Source: an uncultured Pseudomonadota bacterium
GTDB lineage: Bacteria; Vulcanimicrobiota; Vulcanimicrobiia; Eremiobacterales; Eremiobacteraceae
Direction of reading: 5' to 3'
Length of the DNA stretch: 64,000 nt
NCBI GenBank assembly: GCA_963736005.1
Contig: CAVTNB010000001.1
Coordinates: 1,920,001 to 1,984,000 of the forward strand
Shown: positions 50,310-59,175 of the stretch, piece by piece
Numbering within the stretch: position 1 is the first letter of the stretch
How the letters are laid out: the number at the start of each line of letters is the position of its first letter
Notes under the pieces: generated by a model
Seen by the model: only the letters and a program-made list of their open reading frames with translations
Database searches by the model: none
Told to the model about the DNA's origin: nothing
Position numbers and translations under genes: made by a program

Positions 50310-53067
50310 AGCAGTGGCCGAACGCGCGCCGCTCCCCACTGGAACCGTTACCTTTCTCTTCAGCGACATCGAAGGTTCAACCGAGCGATGGGAACGCCAC
50401 CGCGAAGATATGAAAGCAGCCGTCGCATGGCACGATACGATCATGCGAAAAGTTCTTGAGGCACACGGCGGTCATATCTTCAAAACCATGGGTGATGCAT
50501 TCTGCGTTGCCTTCAAGACGGCCCCTCAGGCGGTTGCCGCCGCGACCGAAGCGCAACGCGCCATAGAAAATGAAGATTGGTCGAAGGTCGGCGGCATCAG
50601 TGTTAGGATGGCAATCCACACTGGTCTCGCTGACGAGCGCGACGGAGATTACTTCGGTCCAACCGTCAATCGTGTCTCCCGGTTGCTGTCTATCGGTCAT
50701 GGTGGTCAAGTACTCGTCTCCGGTGTGAGCACGGAACTCTCGCAGGGCATGATGCCATCTCAAGCAACGCTGCGCGACCTCGGAGCCCATCGTCTGCGCG
50801 ACTTGATCCAGCCCGAGCAAGTGTATCAACTTCTCGCACCTGGACTGCCCGCAGATTTTCCAGCCCTGCGCTCCCTCGAATCGCTGCCCAACAACCTGCC
50901 GCTCCAGCTGACGCAGCTCGTCGGTCGCGAAAATGATTTGGCTGAGATCGAAGGCCTGCTCGCAAAACACCGGCTCGTCACGCTTGTCGGCGCCGGCGGC
51001 GTCGGGAAGACCAGGCTCTCCTTGCAAGTGGGCGCCGAGGTGCTCGACCGTTTCGAGGACGGCGTTTGGTTTGTCGATCTGGCGCCCCTAAACGATCCGG
51101 CCTTCATCCCGAGCAGACTCGCAGGCGTGTTCAACCTCGGCGATGCGGGTGGGCGGCCGCTGGAAGAAGTCGTGGCCCGTGCGCTCCAGTCTCGCCATCT
51201 GCTCATCATCCTCGACAACTGCGAACACCTCGTCTCCGCTGCAGCTCGCATGGCCGAGCTGCTCTTGCGCGGCTGCCCACACGTTCGCATTCTCGCCAGT
51301 TCCCGAGAGGGGCTCGGTATCGAAGGTGAGATCGTCTTGCGCGTGCCATCGCTCGCGGTGCCGGCCGCGGAGCGCGACATGACGGCGACCGAGGCCGCTC
51401 GTTTCGGTGCCATCGCGCTCTTCGTCGAACGCGCCAACGCCGCTGACCGGCGGTTCGCACTCAACGATAAGAATGCGCCGATCATCGCGCGGATTTGCGA
51501 GCAGCTCGACGGCATTCCGCTAGCCATCGAGATGGCTGCCGCGCGCGTCAAGGTGCTCAGCGTTGAGCAGCTCGCTGGTCGCTTGGAAGATCGTTTTCGC
51601 ATTCTCACCGCCAGCAATCGCACCGCCTTGCCACGCCAGCAGACGATGCGGGCACTGATCGACTGGAGCTACGATCTTCTTTCCGACAACGAGAAGACTG
51701 TCTTTCGACGTTTGAGCGTCTTCGCTGGCGGGTGTGCACTCGATGCCGCGTCGAGCGTGTGCAGCGACGCGTCGCTCGACCCGCTTGACGTGCTCGATCT
51801 GCTGACGGGGCTCGTTGATAAGTCGCTCGTCGTCACGGAGCTCGTGGGCTCCGAGCAACGCTACCGCTTGCTCGCCTCGACGCGCCAATACGCGACCGAG
51901 CTGCTCGAGAAAAGCGGCGAAGCCGACCTCGTGCGGGCGCGTCACGCTGAGTTCTTCAATGATCTCGCGCAAAGGGCCGAGGATGATTGGAGCACGACGC
52001 CGTCGCGAGTCTGGATGGAGCGTCTGTTGCCGGATATCGATAATTTTCGGGCGGCACTCGATTGGGCGGTTACCGCGCGCCACGACGTCGAGCTTGGCGC
52101 TCGCCTGGCTGCATCCCTCAAACTCTTCTGGGTGGGCGGCCCTCAGCCAGAAGAGGGCCGCCGCCGACTCATCGCTGCGGTGCAGGCGATTCCGGGTGCA
52201 ATCCAGCCGGAGTTGGAGGCAAAACTTCGGCACGCCGCAGCCCATCTCGAGATACGCGCGTGGCGCTACGACCCTGCGCGTGAGGCTGGCAACCGCGCGC
52301 TGGAACTCTATACCCAACTCGGAGATCAGAAGGGCGTCGCTTGGGTTTCAAGCATTCTCGGCGAGGCGCTCCTGCGATTGCGCCGACACGATGAGGCGGA
52401 GCGATTGCTTGACCACGCGTTGGATATATTTCAGCGATTGGGTGAATCGCGGATGATCGGCCTCGTTCTTACTCAGAAGGGGCGTAATCTGCATTTCCAG
52501 CAGCGCCACGAAGAGGGATTGGAATTCTATAATCGAGGCTTGGCCTACGCGAAGGACGCAGGCGACGCTGGACTTGTCGACTCCATCGGGAACAACATCG
52601 CCGAGGTCGAGTTCCGCCGAGGTAACGTCGAGAAGGCGCTCGACATCGCCCGCGGCATTCTGCCGAACTATCCGGCTTGGGAGCGCATCGCTCTTGCCCT
52701 TACCCGAGCAAATGTCGCCGCCTACCTCATTTATCTTGGGCGCTTTGATGAAGCGCGGGAAGTCGCACGAGCAGCGATCAAAGACGCGCGGCCCGCCGGG
52801 CCGGTAACCTTCGCCGAGTCAGTGCAACATTTCGCCGCGATCGCCGCGGGTCAACAGCACTGGGAGCAGGCCGCGCGACTACTAGGCTATTGCGATCGCG
52901 CCTATGCCGACCTTGGGACGCTCATCGACTACACGGAGCAGCAAGAACACGATAAACTCGTCGCGGCTCTCAAGAAGAACCTCAAGCCAGAAGTCCTCAC
53001 GACGTTGCTCGCCGAGGGCGCAAATTGGGGCGACGATCGGGTCTACGATGAGGCCTTGAAGGTGTAA
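50302..53067 (+). CDS. Class III adenylate cyclase - STAND ATPase - TPR protein, copy 3
   Basis: FSDIEGST, FKTMGDA, DYFGPTVNRVSR, GAGGVGKT; 8-bp overlap with copy 2. Confidence 0.93.
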   Translation: MSEAVAERAPLPTGTVTFLFSDIEGSTERWERHREDMKAAVAWHDTIMRKVLEAHGGHIFKTMGDAFCVAFKTAPQAVAAATEAQRAIENEDWSKVGGISVRMAIHTGLADERDGDYFGPTVNRVSRLLSIGHGGQVLVSGVSTELSQGMMPSQATLRDLGAHRLRDLIQPEQVYQLLAPGLPADFPALRSLESLPNNLPLQLTQLVGRENDLAEIEGLLAKHRLVTLVGAGGVGKTRLSLQVGAEVLDRFEDGVWFVDLAPLNDPAFIPSRLAGVFNLGDAGGRPLEEVVARALQSRHLLIILDNCEHLVSAAARMAELLLRGCPHVRILASSREGLGIEGEIVLRVPSLAVPAAERDMTATEAARFGAIALFVERANAADRRFALNDKNAPIIARICEQLDGIPLAIEMAAARVKVLSVEQLAGRLEDRFRILTASNRTALPRQQTMRALIDWSYDLLSDNEKTVFRRLSVFAGGCALDAASSVCSDASLDPLDVLDLLTGLVDKSLVVTELVGSEQRYRLLASTRQYATELLEKSGEADLVRARHAEFFNDLAQRAEDDWSTTPSRVWMERLLPDIDNFRAALDWAVTARHDVELGARLAASLKLFWVGGPQPEEGRRRLIAAVQAIPGAIQPELEAKLRHAAAHLEIRAWRYDPAREAGNRALELYTQLGDQKGVAWVSSILGEALLRLRRHDEAERLLDHALDIFQRLGESRMIGLVLTQKGRNLHFQQRHEEGLEFYNRGLAYAKDAGDAGLVDSIGNNIAEVEFRRGNVEKALDIARGILPNYPAWERIALALTRANVAAYLIYLGRFDEAREVARAAIKDARPAGPVTFAESVQHFAAIAAGQQHWEQAARLLGYCDRAYADLGTLIDYTEQQEHDKLVAALKKNLKPEVLTTLLAEGANWGDDRVYDEALKV

Positions 53068-53119
53068 GTATGGAGCGCGCGGGGTTCGCGCCCGGAACCG
53101 TGGAACACTCAGGTAAACC

Positions 53120-55903
53120 ATGGACCACGCAGCTGAGAGCCGTCTAGCCTCCCAGGCATCGTCCCTTATACCTTCGGGGACGGTCACGTTTCTTTTTACC
53201 GACATTGAAGGTTCGACGGAGCGTTGGGAACACCACCGCGAAGCCATGAAGGCTGCGCTCAATCGGCACGACGATCTTCTTGGAAGCGCTATAACCACCA
53301 ACGGTGGGTACATCTTTAAGAAGATGGGCGACGCGTACTGCGCTGCATTTCGCACCGCGCCAGACGCCGTCAGGGCCGCGATCGCCGCTCAGCAAGCGCT
53401 GAGCAAGGAAGACTTTTCCGCGGTCAACGGTCTGCGCGTTCGCATGGCCCTGCACACGGGTTATGCGGAAGAACGAGACCACGATTACTTCGGGCCGAGC
53501 GTCAATCGAGCCTCGCGCTTGCTTTCCATTGGGCATGGCGGCCAAATGCTCGTGTCAGCCGCGGCAAGCGACCTCGTGCAAGGCGAGCTACCCGCTCAGG
53601 CGATTCTACGCGATCTTGGTGCGCATCGGCTCAAAGACTTGGCCCACCCCGAACAAGTTTTCCAGTTGGTCGCCGCGGGCTTGCCCACAGATTTTCCACC
53701 GTTGCGTTCGCTCGACTCGCTCCCCAACAATCTTCCTCTGCAAGTAACCAGCTTCATCGGCCGCGACGAAGACGTTGCGGAAGTCAAGAAGCTCCTTGAA
53801 AAAACGCGACTGCTGACCTTAACTGGGAGCGGTGGCGTCGGCAAGACACGCTTAGCTTTGCAAGTGAGCGCCGAGTTACTCGAACGGCACCCCGACGGAG
53901 TCTGGCTCGTCGACTTGGCCGGGTTGCAAGACTCCGACTTGGTCGCCAGTGAAGTCGCGTCGGTCCTCGGCGTTCGCGTGGGCGCCGACCGCTCGCTCGC
54001 CGACTCCATTATTTATGCATTGAAACCAAAACAATCACTCATCATCTTGGACAATTGCGAACATCTCGTGACGGCTGCGGCCCACATCGCTGGTGCGATC
54101 ATCAAAGGAGCGCCCAACGTTCGTTTGATGGCTACGAGCCGCGAGGGCCTCGGCATCGCGGGCGAAACGATATATCGCGTCAATTCACTTGCAATTCCGA
54201 AAACAAACACCGAGGTTACATCGGCAAACGCCTCCGGTTATGGCTCGATCGCGCTCTTTATCGACAGGGCAACGGCTGCAAACACCCGGTTCATGCTCAG
54301 CGATGCCGACGCAAAAATCGTGGCCGACATCTGCCGCAGTCTCGACGGTATTCCATTCGCCATCGAGCTCGCCGCTGCGCGAGTCAAACTGATGTCTGTG
54401 GCGCATCTTGCGGAGCGTCTGAAGGAGCGCTTCCGCATTCTCACCGGAGGGGATCGAACCGCGCTGCCAAGGCAACAGACCATGCGTGCTCTCGTGGACT
54501 GGAGCTACAACTTGCTGAACGAGCGGGAGAGGACAATCCTCAACCGCAGCGCAGTTTTTGCAGGCGGGTGGACGCTCGAGGCGGCAAGCGAAATTTGTTC
54601 AGACGATGAGATCGAAGCGTGGGAAGTCTTGGACTTGCTCTCCTCGCTCGTTGACAAGTCGCTCGTCGTCGTTGAAGTCGGCGGTACAAGCGAACGATAC
54701 CGATTGCTCGAGTCCACATGGCAGTACGCGCGCGAAAAGCTTGCCGAAGCCAAAGAGAACGAGCAGCTCAATCGCAAGCACGCAGAATATTTTCTGCGCG
54801 TTGCTCAGGCTGCCGATGCGGCTTACGAATCGACGCCAAGCGACACATGGATTGCCGGACTCGAACCTGAGTTGGACAATTACCGTGCTGCCATGGGTTG
54901 GGCGTTGCTCAACAAGCATGACGTTGCTTTAGGAGCAGCGCTCGCCGCCGCTTTGCGAGATTTGTGGATCAGCGTCGGATCGCGAGTGGAGGGTTTGCGG
55001 TGGATCAACCTGGCACTCGACGCGCTGGGAGGCATGGAACCGAATCCAACGACCGCTACCCTATGGCAAGGCCTTGCCGTGACCAGCGAAGGTTTTGGAG
55101 AAGCAGCATTTGAGGCAAGCGAACGCGCGCTCAAGCAGGCCCAGGGACTGGGAGACGAGTCGCTTATCGCCTTGGCTCAGTCGGGCTACGGTTTTGCTCT
55201 CGACAGGCGCGGACGCTTCGATGAGGCGCAAGAAGTCTATACGAAGTCTGTCCCCCAGCTGCGCAAGACAGGTCGCACGAAGCAGCTAGCTCGAGTGCTT
55301 TCCTGGTGGTCCATCATCCATTTCATTCGTGGCGCGTCGGATGAGGCGCGCAAGGGGTTCAGTGAAGCGCTTGCGGTGGCGAGAACCCTGGCGGACGAAC
55401 AGCTCATGGCCACTGTCTTGGGCAATCTCGCCGAACTTTCGTTTGCGGAGGGCGATGTCGACAAGGCGATAGTGAGCGGCGAAGAGTCGCTCGCTCTACG
55501 GGTCAAAGCGAAAAATGCAACCGGCACCGCGAACGGATATACCAACCTCGCCGCCTACCATCTTGCTCGAGGGGAGGTGGAAAGAGCGAAGGCGCTCGCT
55601 CGCGAAGCCATCCGTTGGGCACGCGAAGGCCAGAGCCAGCTCATGTTAGTGTGGATCATCCAACATTTGACGGTTATCAGGGCGCGGGAAGGCGATCCAA
55701 AAGCCGCGGCACGCCTTCTGGGATACGTCAACAAGATGTTTCTCGAGTCAGGCTTTACGCGAGAACCAACGGAACAATGGAGCTACGAGCAGCTCATGGT
55801 AGCCCTTCACGAGCATCTTACAGACGACGAGATCGGCATGCTTGGGGCGGAGGGCGCGGCCTGGACCGAAGATCAAGCGGTCGAAGAAGCCCTTAAAACC
55901 TAA
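53120..55903 (+). CDS. Class III adenylate cyclase - STAND ATPase - TPR protein, copy 4
   Basis: FTDIEGST, FKKMGDA, DYFGPSVNRASR, GSGGVGKT. Confidence 0.93.
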   Translation: MDHAAESRLASQASSLIPSGTVTFLFTDIEGSTERWEHHREAMKAALNRHDDLLGSAITTNGGYIFKKMGDAYCAAFRTAPDAVRAAIAAQQALSKEDFSAVNGLRVRMALHTGYAEERDHDYFGPSVNRASRLLSIGHGGQMLVSAAASDLVQGELPAQAILRDLGAHRLKDLAHPEQVFQLVAAGLPTDFPPLRSLDSLPNNLPLQVTSFIGRDEDVAEVKKLLEKTRLLTLTGSGGVGKTRLALQVSAELLERHPDGVWLVDLAGLQDSDLVASEVASVLGVRVGADRSLADSIIYALKPKQSLIILDNCEHLVTAAAHIAGAIIKGAPNVRLMATSREGLGIAGETIYRVNSLAIPKTNTEVTSANASGYGSIALFIDRATAANTRFMLSDADAKIVADICRSLDGIPFAIELAAARVKLMSVAHLAERLKERFRILTGGDRTALPRQQTMRALVDWSYNLLNERERTILNRSAVFAGGWTLEAASEICSDDEIEAWEVLDLLSSLVDKSLVVVEVGGTSERYRLLESTWQYAREKLAEAKENEQLNRKHAEYFLRVAQAADAAYESTPSDTWIAGLEPELDNYRAAMGWALLNKHDVALGAALAAALRDLWISVGSRVEGLRWINLALDALGGMEPNPTTATLWQGLAVTSEGFGEAAFEASERALKQAQGLGDESLIALAQSGYGFALDRRGRFDEAQEVYTKSVPQLRKTGRTKQLARVLSWWSIIHFIRGASDEARKGFSEALAVARTLADEQLMATVLGNLAELSFAEGDVDKAIVSGEESLALRVKAKNATGTANGYTNLAAYHLARGEVERAKALAREAIRWAREGQSQLMLVWIIQHLTVIRAREGDPKAAARLLGYVNKMFLESGFTREPTEQWSYEQLMVALHEHLTDDEIGMLGAEGAAWTEDQAVEEALKT

Positions 55904-55905
55904 AG

Positions 55906-55961
55906 GTAGCGTCGCGAATTTCCTCGGGGATACCGAAGCGGACCTAAAGGTCCGCTGCTAC
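55906..55961. repeat. Degenerate family C REP plus inverted family B REP
   Basis: GTAGCGTCGCGAATTTCCTCGGGGA ... AGCGGACC-TAAA-GGTCCGCT-GCTAC. Confidence 0.8.
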
Positions 55962-56039
55962 ATTACGGCGCGCGCAACAAAAGAAATGTCCTGCCGATGA
56001 CAAATGGTAGGGCTTTAAACGCAATGAGACGACCGGTTC

Positions 56040-59000
56040 ATGCTCACTAAGCTTTTTGTTTCACGGCCCACGCTTGCGGCCGTGCTCATCGCGGCGCTGA
56101 CTATCGGCGGCCTGCTCGCCATTTGGACCTTACGCGAGCAGGAGCTCCCAAATGTCGGCCTGCCCGTCGTCAACATCATCATTTTTTACCCGGGTGCTTC
56201 GCCCGCTGAGATGCGCGACAGCATCGTGCGGCCAATCGAAGATGAGCTGGCCGGCGCGCCCTACTTGGACCACACCCAATCGCAAATCCAGCAAGGCTTC
56301 GCGACCATCAACACGCAGTTCAGCCTCAATTCCTCGCGCACCGAGGACCTTGTGGAAGTGCAACGGCGCATGCAAGCGGCCCAATCGCAGCTCCCGGGCG
56401 ATCTGCCAACGCCGCGCATCGAAACCTTCGATCCAGGCGAATCCGCCGTCGTGAGCCTTGCCGTCAATTCGCGCACGTTGAACGCGGGCGATCTCTCAGC
56501 CATCATCCAGAACCGCCTGATACCGGCGCTCGAGCAAGTGGCCGGCGTCGGTTACGTCCAGGCAAATGGTATCGTGACTCCCTCAGTGCAAGTTGAGGCC
56601 GACCCGAAGAAACTCAAAGCAAACAATCTCACGATCAACGATATCATTGACGCGATCGCCATCAACAACATTCGGCTGCCTGGCGGCATTCTCTATGGCA
56701 GCGAGCGCGAGACCGGCATTAACATCCGTGGCGACATTAGCGGCCCAGATTCCATCGGGGCTCTCCAGATTCCGCAAAAAAATGGTGTGCGCATCAGTGA
56801 CGTTGCCCGAGTGCTCGACAGTTATGCACCCGAGCGCATTTACTCGTATGTCGATGGCGAGCCGAACTTCTTCCTGACCGTTCAAAAGTCGATTGGTGCC
56901 AACGAAGTCGATACGGCCAGAGCGGTGATCAGCGCACTGCCGGATCTCGAGCAGCGCTTCCCCGGCATTGAATTGTCCACCATCGACGACCAATCAGCTC
57001 GCACTGCAGCGCTACTCAGTGGCGTGCTGCGAACGCTCATCGAAGGCATCGTGCTCGTCGCGATTGTGATGATTTTCTTCTTGCGCTCGTGGCGTAACGC
57101 CGCGGCGGTCCTCATCGCGATCCCGACATCGCTCTTCTCAACCCTCATTATCATGCGCGTGCTCGACTTTACGCTCGACACGGTGTCGCTGCTGGCCATG
57201 ACCCTCATCACCGGCATTCTTGTCGACGATTCCATTGTTGTCTTGGAGAACAGCGAGCGTCATCGAGAAGCCGGAGAGTCAGCTCTTCGCGCCGCCATCA
57301 ATGGCCGGCTTGAGATCGGCCTTGCAGCCATCGTCATCACGCTGGTTGACGTCGTCGTCTTTTTGCCGATCGCCTTTCTCCCAGGCATGGTTGGCAAGTT
57401 CCTGGGGGAGTTCGCGCTCGTCGTCGTCGTTGCGACGCTGTCATCGCTGCTGGTTTCTTTTACCATTACCCCGGCGCTAGCAGGCAACTGGTCGCTCCTC
57501 TCGAGCAAGCGCACCTTACGCATTGTTGAAGAGTTTTCAAAAGGGTTCGAACGGTTCCGCGACTGGTACGCCGAGCGAGTCCTTCCGTGGGGTTTGGCGC
57601 ACGCATGGACCGTCGTCGGCATCGCAGCGGGGACGCTGGTTGCCGCCATCGCTTTGATCTGGCCGCTTGGGATCATTGGATTCGAATTTGATCCGGCGCA
57701 GGATGAAGGCGAGATCTTTATTCAGCTCGATTATCCGAGCGGTACGCCACTCGCCGTCACACGCCAGGCCGTGCAAGCAATCGAGCGCGAGGTTAATCTC
57801 ATTCCTGATTTGCGCACCGAGACGTCGCTCGTGGGCGCGGCGCAATCGCCAGTGGGTGGGTACATCATCGACGGCGGCGTGGGTCAGATCGACATCCGCT
57901 TGCGCAGCGATCGACGGAATTCGACCGACTATTGGGTCGAGTACGTTCGCACGCTGGCCGAGCGTCTCGCGCCCGCCGCAAACCCAGTGGTGATTCCAGC
58001 AACGAATACGTATGGCGGCAACTGGCAGCCCATTGACTATTTGGTGAGCAATACGTTGGGCGATCCAACGCAGTACGCCAAGCAAGTGTACTTGGCGCTG
58101 CAGCAAACACCGGGCGCGGAAAATGTGCTCAGTTCAGCGAGCAGTCTGGCGCCACAGCTGAACGTCTCCTTTAATAAGGATGAAGCACGCAAGCGCAACG
58201 TTGACATCGGAACAATGGCCACAGCCATTCGCGCAGCCTTCGGTGGGGTGCGTGCGACCCAGTTCGTCACGCAGGATGGCTTAAAGGACGTGCAAGTGAC
58301 GTTCCCGTTCGCTTATCAACACACGGTCAACCAACTCCAGGATATCAGAGTGCGTTCGAACACTGGGGAGATCGTCCGCATTGGGGATCTTGCGCGCATA
58401 ACGTTTGAGAACAGCACGCGCTCGATCGATCGGGTCGACCGTCAAACTGTCGTGCACGTCAGCGCCAACGTTGCGCCCGGCGCGACGCTCTCCGGCGTGG
58501 AGAAGGCGTTTGCCGCCAAGCTCAACGACCTCGGCCTGCCAGTGAGCGTGACGGTGGCTGCGAGCAGCACCGGCACGCAGCAAAACCTCAGCGATACGGT
58601 TCGGGGTATGGCCGTGGCGCTCGGCATGGGGATGGTGCTGGTCTTCTTGCTCATGGTAGCGCTCTACAATAGCTACCGGTCGCCGTTTATCATTATGTTC
58701 TCGGTCCCTGTGGCAGTCGTCGGAGCCTTAAGCGCGCTCGCGCTCACCGGCGAATCGCTCAATGCCTTCTCGCTCATCGGCACGGTGTTGCTCATCGGCC
58801 TCGTCACGAAGAACGGAATCTTGCTTGTCGACTACGCGAATCAGCTGCGCGAACGCGGCATGGAACGACTCGCTGCGATCAAAGAAAGCGCTCGCGTCCG
58901 TTTCCGACCCATCGTGATGACGACCGCGGCCATGGTTTTCGGCATGCTGCCACTCGCGCTCGGACTCGATCACGCGGTGCAATCGCGCAAGTCGCTGGGC

Positions 59001-59159
59001 ATTGTGGTCATCGGCGGCTTGATCAGTTCGCTGATGCTCACGCTCATTCTCATCCCCGTCGTGTACGTGCGCTTGAGTCCGCAGCGGTTGCGCCAAAAAC
59101 CGCGTTGGGTGACGAGCGATCTCTATCCCGTGGTCGAAGAAGAAGCCCGCGGCAGATAA
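56040..59159 (+). CDS. RND efflux transporter permease (AcrB/HAE1-like)
   Basis: 1039 aa; FVSRP, YPGASPAEM, GILVDDSIVVLEN, KNGILLVD, RFRPIVMT. Confidence 0.95.
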   Translation: MLTKLFVSRPTLAAVLIAALTIGGLLAIWTLREQELPNVGLPVVNIIIFYPGASPAEMRDSIVRPIEDELAGAPYLDHTQSQIQQGFATINTQFSLNSSRTEDLVEVQRRMQAAQSQLPGDLPTPRIETFDPGESAVVSLAVNSRTLNAGDLSAIIQNRLIPALEQVAGVGYVQANGIVTPSVQVEADPKKLKANNLTINDIIDAIAINNIRLPGGILYGSERETGINIRGDISGPDSIGALQIPQKNGVRISDVARVLDSYAPERIYSYVDGEPNFFLTVQKSIGANEVDTARAVISALPDLEQRFPGIELSTIDDQSARTAALLSGVLRTLIEGIVLVAIVMIFFLRSWRNAAAVLIAIPTSLFSTLIIMRVLDFTLDTVSLLAMTLITGILVDDSIVVLENSERHREAGESALRAAINGRLEIGLAAIVITLVDVVVFLPIAFLPGMVGKFLGEFALVVVVATLSSLLVSFTITPALAGNWSLLSSKRTLRIVEEFSKGFERFRDWYAERVLPWGLAHAWTVVGIAAGTLVAAIALIWPLGIIGFEFDPAQDEGEIFIQLDYPSGTPLAVTRQAVQAIEREVNLIPDLRTETSLVGAAQSPVGGYIIDGGVGQIDIRLRSDRRNSTDYWVEYVRTLAERLAPAANPVVIPATNTYGGNWQPIDYLVSNTLGDPTQYAKQVYLALQQTPGAENVLSSASSLAPQLNVSFNKDEARKRNVDIGTMATAIRAAFGGVRATQFVTQDGLKDVQVTFPFAYQHTVNQLQDIRVRSNTGEIVRIGDLARITFENSTRSIDRVDRQTVVHVSANVAPGATLSGVEKAFAAKLNDLGLPVSVTVAASSTGTQQNLSDTVRGMAVALGMGMVLVFLLMVALYNSYRSPFIIMFSVPVAVVGALSALALTGESLNAFSLIGTVLLIGLVTKNGILLVDYANQLRERGMERLAAIKESARVRFRPIVMTTAAMVFGMLPLALGLDHAVQSRKSLGIVVIGGLISSLMLTLILIPVVYVRLSPQRLRQKPRWVTSDLYPVVEEEARGR

Positions 59160-59175
59160 ATTCACTCGTTCATAC

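Noticed and set aside
44640..55903. Pycsar or CBASS system
   Set aside because: The cyclases keep adenine-selecting Lys/Asp residues and are fused to STAND-TPR; no adjacent cNMP-binding TM/TIR effector or CD-NTase was seen.
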